Shown: in pieces, positions 37,524 through 46,260 of the stretch
Layout of the letters: every line of letters begins with the position of its first letter
Numbering within the stretch: position 1 is the stretch's first letter
DNA from: Dehalococcoides mccartyi
GTDB taxonomy: Bacteria > Chloroflexota > Dehalococcoidia > GIF9 > DYGU01
Direction of reading: 5' to 3'
NCBI GenBank assembly: GCA_020724525.1
Contig: DYGU01000002.1
Location: 29,388-93,387 of the forward strand
DNA: 64,000 nt
Made by a program: the position numbers and the translations under genes
The notes under the pieces: generated by a model
Databases searched by the model: none
The model's input: the letters and a program-made list of their open reading frames with translations, nothing else
What the model was told of the DNA's origin: nothing

Positions 37524-38801
37524 TTACCTCTTAATAAACCACCACTTTATTGCCCTGGCGACCAAGCCGTCGACATGGGCACTGATCATGTCCTCACCTT
37601 CCTTTGGCCCGTGGTAAGCAAAAGTAATCATTCCGGCACTATCGGTTTTGCCAGACCACTTGGTGGGGTTAGCTCCCTCGACCACAAAGGTGACCTCGGC
37701 TCCAACCACAGGCCTGCCATCCACACAGGTGACCATAGCCGTTACCTTGTGGGTGGTACACACCGGGTTTTCCGCCTTTTCAGGATGAAGGGTGATTTTG
37801 GTTGGTTTATGGACCGCGGGCACGATCTCGAGTTCAAGGATAGGGCTTTTAGCGCGGTTATTGGTCAAATCCACATCAATGTCTGGAGGCTCAAGCTCTA
37901 CCTCGGCGACTGAAATGAGTTGGATGATGCCTTCATTTGGGGGAAGGAGGTCAAAAAGGACCTCTTCCTCAGTCACCTCGCCAATATGTAGCCAATTGAT
38001 TCTCTTTGTATAGGTTGTTGACTTTTTTAGCTGCCAGGCTGTTTCCACGTCGAGAAGTCTGGGCATGCTCTTGTGCGTCCTAAAATATGTTGATTGCTCT
38101 ACCCGTTTGCCGTCCAAGGTTGCGTACTGATACTTTTTCTTAGCCATTGGGTCCTTGTTTACTGCATTAGGATGATTCACTACATGCCAGCGAATTGCTG
38201 CAGGTTCACCCTTGACGTAATGGATAGAGATTTCCGACCTCTCTTTTAGGTGCACCAATTTATCCGGCTCCCCAGCTACATGCTGAACATACAGCGCATC
38301 AATAATGGTTGACTGCATGACTGTGTACTTGCCTGGCGGTACAGGAATTCCATTGATCGTCCACGTCAAAAACTTGATGCTTGCATCTTGGGGTGGTGGC
38401 ACCCCTTTGATATTTAGCGGGTGAGTGGCCCATAAGACCCCTCCGACCAATGCCCTAATAGTATACACACCTGGAGGAAGTATCGGGACTACTGCAAGCA
38501 CTTCAAAGGCACCGCTAACGTTAGTCTTCACTTTCGTCCAGCCGGTTTCCCGGATATAGAGCGCTACTTCGACTCCCGGAGGGAATCCGGACCCTTTAAC
38601 GAGGATTGTAGCACCAGGATTTGTTACCACATGCTCATCCGGCAACCACAATTCTGCGGTTGGTCCTGGTGGACCTGCCGGTCATGGTGGTCCTGGTGGA
38701 CCCGGACAGACAAGGGCAATAATAACTAAGATGTAGAGAATTACGACCAGAATTTTTAGCCACCAATGTTGAGGCCAGTGCCACGGTATCCACTTTAGCA
38801 T
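37524..38801 (-). pseudogene. membrane-anchored surface protein (TM anchor, collagen-like GPP linker, Ig-like Big domains) interrupted by an in-frame TGA at 38684..38682
   Basis: Manual translation from ATG 38801 gives MLKWIPWHWPQHWWLKILVVILYILVIIALVCPGPPGPP*PAGPPGPTAELWLPDEHV..., in frame with ORF 37524..38651. The C-terminus (HKVTAMVTCVDGRPVVGAEVTFVVEG..DSAGMITFAY) is Big_1/invasin-like. Confidence 0.6.
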
Positions 38802-39006
38802 ACGGCACCCCCTATGGAAGCATAGTGCAAGTTCTTAATCGGCTGTTTCTTGATCTTTAGACCCTCCTTTTTCCAGTTATTTTTGGGTAGTATATCAAAC
38901 ACCGACATTTCTCCGGATTTTCTTCCTTAGGAATTTTCCCTGGCGCCTAGTATACTTTTCTTTTTTAAATTATAGCACAACTCCCCCCTGTCAATAGTTG
39001 TCGGGC

Positions 39007-39813
39007 TTATTTTTGGCATTTAGGGCAGAAATAAGTGCCGCGATTTCTTAGAGGAAGCCTCTGGATAGGAGTGTTGCAGGTAGGACAAGTCTGACCACGG
39101 CGGTGAGCTACCTGGAAACTGAAATGGGCGGTGCCTAAGCCGCCATCGGGGCGGATGTAAGTATCAACACTGGCTCCTTTATCGGTAATGGCTGACCAAA
39201 GCACTGTTTGGATAGCTTGATGTAGGTTTTTGGTTTCCTGGTGAGATAGACTATTTGTCTTCCTCAGGGGATGAATTTTAGCCCGGAACAGGGCTTCATC
39301 AGCATACATATTACCGATGCCGGCGACAAAGCCCTGGTCAAGGAGGACCGCCTTTATTGGTGACTTTCGCCCTTGAAGGCGGCTTAAAAAGGTTTCATAG
39401 ATAAAGTCTTGGGTCAGAGGTTCTGGTCCCAACTTAGGCACTACTGAATTGGCGTTCATAGTAAGCCACATTGCTGCCATGCGACGGCGGTCGATAAGAA
39501 AAAGCTGGGTATTGTTCTCAAACTCGAATAGAGCTCTCAAGTAACTCATTGGTTGATTTGATGTCAGGAGCAGAGCCCCTGCCATTTTGAGGTGAAGAAC
39601 AAGGGATTCTCCGCCGGAAAGGGGAAAAATTAGATATTTTCCCCGGCGCTGGATATCTTCTATCTTCTGTCCAACCAGCTTCTGGCAAAATTCCTCTACC
39701 GAAGGCTGACGGACAACTTTGGCATCAAAGATAGTTACTCCCGTGAAGCGTTTGCCCACTAATACTGGCAAAAGCTCATTTTTTATAGTTTCAACTTCAG
39801 GAAGCTCAGGCAT
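39007..39813 (-). CDS. mutM: formamidopyrimidine-DNA glycosylase
   Basis: MPELPEVE N-terminus (catalytic Pro2) sets the start at 39813. C-terminal zinc finger is CPTC...CPKC. Confidence 0.9.
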   Translation of the reverse strand: MPELPEVETIKNELLPVLVGKRFTGVTIFDAKVVRQPSVEEFCQKLVGQKIEDIQRRGKYLIFPLSGGESLVLHLKMAGALLLTSNQPMSYLRALFEFENNTQLFLIDRRRMAAMWLTMNANSVVPKLGPEPLTQDFIYETFLSRLQGRKSPIKAVLLDQGFVAGIGNMYADEALFRAKIHPLRKTNSLSHQETKNLHQAIQTVLWSAITDKGASVDTYIRPDGGLGTAHFSFQVAHRRGQTCPTCNTPIQRLPLRNRGTYFCPKCQK

Positions 39814-39902
39814 AGTTCTTCTGGTCGTTGACAGAGTTTGCTTTCTAAGTATCAAAGCGCTGGCATTTCATGGCTGAAAAAAACATTGTTTTACCGTCTA
39901 CA

Positions 39903-40193
39903 TCACTGCCCTTTAGACAAGTTCCGTTTATCGTGTAGAATTGCCCAAACATATGCTGGCCCTCGGACAATCTTATTAATGTCTGCAGGTCGGCAGGGGA
40001 CCCTTTGATAGGCTTTTTCAAAATCTGTTTTTGGTATTCTATAGTCAGTCCGGCTTGGGTAAACACCATTTCCTTCAACTCTATATGTAAACTCCAAGCC
40101 CGTTTTTGTATGAAAAATTTCCCCGGTATGAGTAACAATTCGTCCCCATACTTCTTCAAATGACGCAGTAGTCAAACCACCCCCTCTAAGCAA
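39903..40193 (-). CDS. hypothetical small protein at the edge of the restriction-modification island
   Basis: 96 aa with a non-ATG start (TTG). Sequence is FHTKTGLEFTYRVEGNGVYPSRTDYRIPKTDFEKAY...RGPAYVWAILHD. No family recognised. Confidence 0.5.
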   Translation of the reverse strand: MLRGGGLTTASFEEVWGRIVTHTGEIFHTKTGLEFTYRVEGNGVYPSRTDYRIPKTDFEKAYQRVPCRPADINKIVRGPAYVWAILHDKRNLSKGQ

Positions 40194-40254
40194 AACTCTC
40201 TAACGATTTTAGCTAACAATCTCAGGCACTGCTAGTCTGAAAACAACAGTAGTA

Positions 40255-40887
40255 TTACCTCTTCTCCAGTCTTTCAATTTCGTTTCTGATTTCTTCGATT
40301 ACCTCTGGATTATAGATTACCTTTCTTTTCCCTTCCTTCACCGAAATAATATAAAATACTTTACCACCATATTTGGCGGTGAACTTTTCATGTGTCTTTT
40401 TCTGAAACTCTAATTCGTTGATGATTTGAGTAATGTAAGCATATCCTGCAGGTTTGATTTGGAGACCTATATATTTACCCTTTACCTTAATGAAGAAGTC
40501 TATATTATATTTTCTATCCCACTCGTCTGGTGCCGGTTCTATTTTAATACCCAATGCCTGCTGTAACTGTCCGTAAATAGTTTGTATTTCAGACTGATAC
40601 CCGTCGTAGGTTCTGTTAATTACGAGACCGATAACAAAATCAATGCAATCTTGCTCAGTAATACTTTCAATTTCAGCTTGACATACTTCTGTTACCTTTA
40701 CGTATAGCCTTTTTCCAAGTCCTTCCAAATGCTTTTTAGGATAGACATTTTTATAATAGTATTCTTCCCATTCTTTTAGTGATTTAGGAGCGCATTTTCT
40801 TATTTCTTCTGAGACTTTACCAACATTCCTGGGTCTATTGAACTGCCAACGCATATTTGCCTGGTTTATAATCCATTCTTTAGACAT
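40255..40887 (-). CDS. putative type II restriction endonuclease (PD-(D/E)xK-like; possibly MjaI-like)
   Basis: 210 aa. The NIDFFIKVKGKYIGLQIKP segment fits a D...(E/Q)xK nuclease core. It sits next to a DNA methyltransferase. The family assignment is from memory only. Confidence 0.5.
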   Translation of the reverse strand: MSKEWIINQANMRWQFNRPRNVGKVSEEIRKCAPKSLKEWEEYYYKNVYPKKHLEGLGKRLYVKVTEVCQAEIESITEQDCIDFVIGLVINRTYDGYQSEIQTIYGQLQQALGIKIEPAPDEWDRKYNIDFFIKVKGKYIGLQIKPAGYAYITQIINELEFQKKTHEKFTAKYGGKVFYIISVKEGKRKVIYNPEVIEEIRNEIERLEKR

Positions 40888-40910
40888 TGCTTCCTCGTTT
40901 CAAATCTGTC

Positions 40911-41415
40911 TTAGAATCTTTCGAACATCCTTAAGATTTCTTTCGCCTCTTCCACGCTACCTTTTGGTGGCTGTTCCTTTTGAGGTAGATGTAGGAGACC
41001 AAATTTTAACTGAAATCTGAGGCAATCCATAATCGATAACCCCCAAATTACAGTAACGTCACAATTCCCACAATCTCCGTTACACCTCTCAATGATAGCA
41101 AGAAGTTCGTCTTGGTGGCTGTTCCTTTTGAGGTAGATGTAGGAGACCAAATTTTAACTGAAATCTGAGGCAATCCATAATCGATAACCCCCAAATTACA
41201 GTAACGTCACAATTCCCACAATCTCCGTTACACCTCTCAATGATAGCAAGAAGTTCGTCTGTGCTCTCATAGCAGACTTCTTCATAAGGAGCCAGAGGAG
41301 TAAGTTTGCCTTTATAATATGAATCTTCGTCTCCAGCAAGAGTAACCCAGCCTTCTCCCTCCCCTAAATCAAACGCCTTTCGACACCTTGCACAAACCCA
41401 TTTTGATTCATTCAT
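40911..41415 (-). pseudogene. Cys-rich small protein gene between R and M genes, frameshifted by a 148-bp tandem duplication
   Basis: ORFs 41089..41415 and 40911..41150 share the identical segment DELLAIIERCNGDCGNCDVTVIWGLSIMDCLRFQLKFGLLHLPQKEQPP. Removing one repeat restores a single ORF of about 118 aa. Confidence 0.65.
40964..41259. repeat. perfect tandem direct duplication, 2 x 148 bp
   Basis: A base-by-base comparison at offset 148 shows 40964-41111 equal to 41112-41259, plus one extra matching base at 41260. The match breaks at 40963/41111 and 41113/41261. Confidence 0.95.
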
Positions 41416-41419
41416 CTTT

Positions 41420-42706
41420 TTACCCTCCTTTATATTCTAAGAATCTTGACTTATATTTATAATCGAAAGAGGTATTCACATTGACCAAACCAGTTTTAAT
41501 CAAATGGACATTTAGAAAGGTCTTGTTCCACAAATAAAGATAGCAGAGTAAGTTGTTTTTCTCATCGTATTTTATGGTGTCAAACCTTAGGAATACCTTT
41601 TGTCCACGAGTTTTCTCCCGCAAAAATTGAATTGCCTCTCTTTTCTTTTCCGGTCTCTCTTTCACGCCCAGTAACCTGATTCTTAATCCATTATTTAAAA
41701 CCAACATTTCCGGGGAGATTATTTCTTTCACCATATAATATGTTTCTCTCTCAGAACGAGAACTATCTATTCTTGAACCAAATCTCAATTTTTTGGGATC
41801 AACTTTTTTATCGAATCTTATCGGGTCTTTGAAAATGTAAGGCAGTTTCTTAATTTCTTCCTTAAAATCTTTCTTCGGATCCTCTTGCTTAATTATTTCA
41901 CAAGCTGCATCTTGAAAAAGAGTGCCTTGTTTCAGTCTAAGTTTTTCTCTTATGACCGGCAGAAAGTTTTCATTTATTTCGTATCCAATGGAATTTCTAT
42001 TTAGATTTTTAGCAGATAAAGAGGTTGTGCCACTTCCAAGAAACGGATCCAGAACAGTATCACCAACAAAACTGAACATTTTGATTAGACGTCTTGGCAG
42101 TTCTTCAGGGAACATTGCCAGATGTTTATCTTGTTTTTCCCCAGGAAAATCCCAATGTCCTGTAAAATATTGATTCCATTCTTCCTCTGTTAGTTTTGAT
42201 TGTTCCTTGATTTCTCTGCTAACCTTTGGAGGGTTTCCATATTTCTTAAAGATTAAAATGAATTCGTAATCCAGTTTAAGGATTCCGCTTCGTGGGTAGG
42301 GGAAAGAACCCATCACGGTAGCGCCGCCAGTGGTATGGCAAGTAGTGACTTTCTGCCAGATGATGGCTCCCATGTAATCAAAGCCAGCACTTTCACAAAA
42401 CTTAATTATCTCTGTTCTTATAGGGATGACCTTGTACCTGCCATAATAGACAGAACGAGCAAATTGGTCGCCAATGTTGATACATAATCGACAGCCTTTG
42501 TGTAGAACTCTATGGCATTCCTGCCACACCAAGTTGAGGTTGTTAATATATTCCTCATAAGTGTCGTTAAAACCTATCTGTTTGCCATTTCCATAGTCCT
42601 TCAATTGCCAGTAAGGTGGGGAGGTGATAATAAGATCGACAGATTCATCGGGGACTTCTTTCATCCATCTTGAATCGCCGATGATTATTTTATGTATGAT
42701 CTTCAT
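41420..42706 (-). CDS. beta-class DNA methyltransferase (SPPY motif, probably N4-cytosine or N6-adenine) fused to a C-terminal SNase/thermonuclease-like OB-fold domain
   Basis: 428 aa. Motif IV (IITSPPYW) lies N-terminal to motif I (VLDPFLGSGTTSLSA). The C-terminal ~110 aa (LRIRLLGVKERPEKKREAIQFL...LLCYLYLWNKTFLNVHLIKTGLV) resemble SNase. Confidence 0.88.
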   Translation of the reverse strand: MKIIHKIIIGDSRWMKEVPDESVDLIITSPPYWQLKDYGNGKQIGFNDTYEEYINNLNLVWQECHRVLHKGCRLCINIGDQFARSVYYGRYKVIPIRTEIIKFCESAGFDYMGAIIWQKVTTCHTTGGATVMGSFPYPRSGILKLDYEFILIFKKYGNPPKVSREIKEQSKLTEEEWNQYFTGHWDFPGEKQDKHLAMFPEELPRRLIKMFSFVGDTVLDPFLGSGTTSLSAKNLNRNSIGYEINENFLPVIREKLRLKQGTLFQDAACEIIKQEDPKKDFKEEIKKLPYIFKDPIRFDKKVDPKKLRFGSRIDSSRSERETYYMVKEIISPEMLVLNNGLRIRLLGVKERPEKKREAIQFLREKTRGQKVFLRFDTIKYDEKNNLLCYLYLWNKTFLNVHLIKTGLVNVNTSFDYKYKSRFLEYKGG

Positions 42707-43020
42707 ATTTCTATGCCTTTAGTCTTGACTTCATCGCCAATAAAAGTGCCGCTATCTTTAGAAGAAAATTCCTCCTCGGTGTAGCCTAAGGCTTCAATTG
42801 GCTCCATCATCTTAGCGGCAGCTCTTCCAAGTATTTGCAATCTTTCTATTAAGTTCATTTCCTTGAAATTACCCGAGATGACCACCAAATCGATATCACT
42901 GTATTCTTTTGCTTTACCAGAGGAGTGGGAACCAAATAGAATAACTCTCTCAACCTGAATGCCTAAAGCAGATAAAGCATCTTTATATTTTTCTACGATG
43001 TGATAGAGTCTCGGATCCAT
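42703..43020 (-). CDS. minimal nucleotidyltransferase (MNT)
   Basis: 105 aa with the motif LFGSHSSGKAKEYSDIDL. ATGA-type overlap with the methyltransferase start. Confidence 0.85.
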   Translation of the reverse strand: MDPRLYHIVEKYKDALSALGIQVERVILFGSHSSGKAKEYSDIDLVVISGNFKEMNLIERLQILGRAAAKMMEPIEALGYTEEEFSSKDSGTFIGDEVKTKGIEI

Positions 43021-43377
43021 TGAAAAGCCTCCTTCGTCCTTTGCAAATAGTTCTCCGCAACTTCTTTATTGAAACGATGTTGAATCTCACCAATATCCTC
43101 AGGACATCTTGCAGGAATACTCACATCGCTCAGTTCACCGATAAAATCTTTTATCACCTCTCTGGGGTCAAATTGGCTTAATTTTAAAAGGTATATTAAA
43201 TTGTGAGTTTTCGGAGGGGTTTTGCCAGTGATTTCTTGAACCTTTGCCTTCAATGCCTTTTCTATAGATAAATGGCATAAAAATAGTATAAATATACCTG
43301 CCGGCGCTGAACATATACTCAGCAGTTTCCATGTCATATTGAGCTGAGTCCAGCCAGTTTTTTACTTCTTTCTTCAT
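42993..43377 (-). pseudogene. HEPN domain protein, frameshifted
   Basis: MKKEVKNWLDSAQYDMETAEYMFSAGRY (43377 downward) continues in another frame as IFILFLCHLSIEKALKAKV...IPARCPED. The shift is at about 43285-43300. Confidence 0.7.
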
Positions 43378-43407
43378 AATTCGTTTCCCTATCTCAGCAA
43401 AAAGTGT

Positions 43408-46122
43408 TTATTCCGTTTCTCCCCAGTTTTTGCCTAATTTGATGTCTACTTTTAGTGGAACGCGGAGCTTAAGGGCTCGGGGCATTATGGTGGCAATTAG
43501 CTCTTTCATTTCCGCTACTTCTTCTTCAGGCACCTCAAAAAGCAGCTCGTCGTGGATTTGGAGAATCATTTTGCTATTTAAGCCTTTTTGGCACGTCTCC
43601 CGATGAAGGTCAATCATAGCCATCTTGATGATATCAGCCGAAGTACCCTGGACGGGCATATTTATTGCCATCCTCTCGGCAGCCTCTCTTAGCTGGCGGT
43701 TAGGGGAGTTGATTTCGGGGATGAAGCGGCGGTGACCCATTACTGTCTGGACATAGCCCCGCTCTCGAGCCTGCTGTTTTGTGGTCTCAATATATTCTTT
43801 GACTTTGGGATATTTTTCAAAATAGGAATTGATGAACTGACTGGCTTCTTCTCGAGTCAGATCAGTGGCTTGCTCCAAGCCATAATCACTCATTCCGTAG
43901 ATGACGCCAAAGTTAACGGTCTTGGCGACACGCCGCATTTCTGGAGTTATCTGGGAAGGTGGGATGTTGAAAACACGGGAAGCGGTAGCAGTATGAATGT
44001 CTTCGTCATTAAGGAAAGCGGCAATAAGCTCCGGGTCCTGAGACAGGTGGGCTAATACTCTAAGGTCAATCTGGGAATAATCTGCAGCCAAGAGATAACA
44101 CCCGGGTGGGGCAATAATGGCTTGCCTTATCTTTTTGCCTAATTCTCCGCGAATGGGGATATTTTGCAGATTTGGCTCGCTTGAGGAAAGGCGTCCAGTA
44201 GTAGTACCAGTCTGATTAAAGCTGGTGTGGAGCCTACCTGTTTTTGGGTTGATCAAGGCAGGAAAGGCATCTATGTAGGTTGATTTGAGCTTGGCTAACT
44301 GCCGGTATTCTAAGATGAGGTCAATTACCGGATGAAGTCCTCTTAGCTCTTCGAGGACTGAAGCTTCTGTGGAATAGCCAGTTTTAGTTCTTCGAGAGTG
44401 GGGTAACTTTAGTCCTTCATAAAGGACCTGGGCTAATTGCTGAGACGAGTTTATGTTGAACTTGTAACCAATGCTGTTATAGATAGCTTCTTCTAAGCTG
44501 AGCATTTGATTACCTATGCTGTGGGACATTTTTCGCAGCAATTCCACATCCAGGGCGACTCCATTTCTTTCCATAGCTACCAGTACCGGGACTAAAGGCA
44601 TTTCAACTTCGGTGAACAGTTGCCAGAGTCCTTGTTGCTTTAGTTCGGCTCCAAGGATATCTTTAAGCCTTCGGGTGATATCAGCATCGGCACAGGCATA
44701 ATTTGCTGCCTGTTCTACCTCTACTAATGCCATAGAGATTTGTTTTGGTCCACTGCCAATTAAGTCAGAGATAGGGGTCATTTCAATGCCCAGTTTGTTA
44801 AAGGCGAGGGCTTTGAGTCCCAGGGACTTTTCCCCGAGGAGGTAAGCGGCAATCATTGTATCAAAGCTCAAATTAGAAAGATGGACGCCGTATTCTGCCA
44901 GAACAGTTATATCATATTTGCCGTTATGGGCTATTTTGGTAACTTTTTGGCTTTCCAGAATGGTTTTGAGTTTGGCTATAACTCGATTAAGAGGAAGCTG
45001 GGCTGGTTGGCTTAAGCCATAATGTCCCACCGGTATGTACACGGCTTCATTGGGAAGTGGTGATAAGGCAATCCCGACCAGGTCAGCTGGCATAGGCTCC
45101 TTGGCTGAGGTCTCCACATCAACTGCGACTTCTGGGGCTTTTGATAATCGAGCTATTAGTTCTTCCAGAGCTTGGTCACTTTCTATTACTTGATAGTTTC
45201 CTTTTGGTAGGGCTTTACCTACAGAGGCAGGACTGATAATAACCTTTGTTTGGGGAAGTCTGGGTAGCAATTTGACAAATTCCAGTTCTCGGAATAGTTC
45301 GACTACTTGATTTCGGTCGTAAGCACTCACCTGACAGGCGTTAAGGTTAAGAGTTACCGGCACGTCTAAAACGCTTATTATCAGCTCTTTACTCTGGAAA
45401 GCCTGAATTTTATATTGTTTAAGTAAAACTTGCAGTTTAGTTGGGGTGACTTCCTCAATACGCTCGTAAATTTGTTCAAGGCTGCCGAATTGATGGATAA
45501 GTTTTGTGGCTGTTTTTTCACCAACACCGGGAATGCCAGGAATATTGTCGGAGGGGTCACCGATAAGGGCTTTTAAGTCGGGGAGCTGCTTTGGGTCTAA
45601 GCCGAACCTTTCATGGATGGTTGACTCATCGTAGAGAACGGTGTCGCTGAATGTCCGTCTTGGAGCTAATACTTTTACCCGGGGTGAAACGATTTGAAAG
45701 ACATCGGTATCGCCGGTAACGATTAGAGTATCTATGCCTTGCTGGCTTGCCTGCCGGCTTAAAGTTGCCAGAATGTCATCAGCCTCGTAGCCTTCAGTTT
45801 CAAGGATAGGAATTTTAAAAGCTTCAGCTAATTGCCGGACCCGTTTAAATTGGCTGACAAGCTCTTCAGGAGCTTTAGGTCGTTGAGCCTTGTAGTCTTC
45901 GAACCTCTGGTGCCTGAAGGTAAGCTTAGGACTGTCAAAAGCAATCGCCCAGTGGTTAGGCTTAAGTTCATTGAGCGCTTTTAATAAGGTAGCGGCGAAA
46001 CCATAAACAGCATTGACCATCTCACCAGTCTTAGACACAGTTAATGGGGGTAAAGCGTGGAAGGCACGGTGTACCACGGCATTGCCATCAAGGAGGAGTA
46101 ATAAGGGTTTTCTTGTATTCAT
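43408..46122 (-). CDS. polA: DNA polymerase I (5'-nuclease, 3'-5' exonuclease and polymerase domains)
   Basis: 904 aa. Motifs DYSQIDLRVLAH (A), RRVAKTVNFGVIYG (B), QIHDELLFE (C) and exo motif AVDVETS. Confidence 0.97.
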   Translation of the reverse strand: MNTRKPLLLLLDGNAVVHRAFHALPPLTVSKTGEMVNAVYGFAATLLKALNELKPNHWAIAFDSPKLTFRHQRFEDYKAQRPKAPEELVSQFKRVRQLAEAFKIPILETEGYEADDILATLSRQASQQGIDTLIVTGDTDVFQIVSPRVKVLAPRRTFSDTVLYDESTIHERFGLDPKQLPDLKALIGDPSDNIPGIPGVGEKTATKLIHQFGSLEQIYERIEEVTPTKLQVLLKQYKIQAFQSKELIISVLDVPVTLNLNACQVSAYDRNQVVELFRELEFVKLLPRLPQTKVIISPASVGKALPKGNYQVIESDQALEELIARLSKAPEVAVDVETSAKEPMPADLVGIALSPLPNEAVYIPVGHYGLSQPAQLPLNRVIAKLKTILESQKVTKIAHNGKYDITVLAEYGVHLSNLSFDTMIAAYLLGEKSLGLKALAFNKLGIEMTPISDLIGSGPKQISMALVEVEQAANYACADADITRRLKDILGAELKQQGLWQLFTEVEMPLVPVLVAMERNGVALDVELLRKMSHSIGNQMLSLEEAIYNSIGYKFNINSSQQLAQVLYEGLKLPHSRRTKTGYSTEASVLEELRGLHPVIDLILEYRQLAKLKSTYIDAFPALINPKTGRLHTSFNQTGTTTGRLSSSEPNLQNIPIRGELGKKIRQAIIAPPGCYLLAADYSQIDLRVLAHLSQDPELIAAFLNDEDIHTATASRVFNIPPSQITPEMRRVAKTVNFGVIYGMSDYGLEQATDLTREEASQFINSYFEKYPKVKEYIETTKQQARERGYVQTVMGHRRFIPEINSPNRQLREAAERMAINMPVQGTSADIIKMAMIDLHRETCQKGLNSKMILQIHDELLFEVPEEEVAEMKELIATIMPRALKLRVPLKVDIKLGKNWGETE

Positions 46123-46145
46123 TTAGGCTTTCCCTTCATTATACG

Positions 46146-46260
46146 AGAGTGTTTATTTTGTCACCCTCACCTTATCCCTCTCCCTTGAAGGGAGAGGGAT
46201 AAGGTGAGGGGTTTCTCCGCCTTGTTCAGGATGGTGGATCAGCATTGGTAAACAACCTCT
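46146..46260 (-). mobile_element. MITE-like element, copy B2, flanked by attatacg / attataca
   Basis: Aligns along its full length with 51512-51620 and, in reverse complement, with 34655-34764. The flanking 8-bp repeats at 46138-46145 and 46261-46268 differ at one position. Confidence 0.8.

Noticed and set aside
37446-37913. 155-aa plus-strand ORF overlapping the 3' part of the Ig-like surface protein gene
   Set aside because: It is antisense to a much longer ORF with recognisable Big-domain sequence. Its translation is Gly/Pro/His-rich with no motif and no ribosome-binding site.
38682-38684. Genome-wide reassignment of UGA (to Gly or Trp) as the explanation for the in-frame TGA
   Set aside because: Several well-defined genes in the window (for example rfbB, yggS, rluD, rsmD) terminate at TGA at the lengths expected for their families. 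No other conserved gene contains an internal TGA.
38930-38965. TTGACA ... TATAAT pair on the minus strand upstream of the surface-protein gene as a promoter
   Set aside because: The spacer is only 14 nt, well below the 16-18 nt needed for a functional sigma70-type promoter.
39845-40159. 104-aa minus-strand ORF overlapping 39903..40193 in another frame
   Set aside because: The two ORFs cannot both be real over about 250 nt. The 96-aa frame gives a more protein-like sequence. This ORF also runs into the over-extended mutM frame, whose real start is MPELPEVE at 39813.
43395-43410. aaaaagtgtttatt next to the polA stop codon as a solo MITE terminus
   Set aside because: It is only a roughly 14-nt match that overlaps the polA stop and last codons. 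There is no second terminus, hairpin or target duplication nearby, so it is probably chance.
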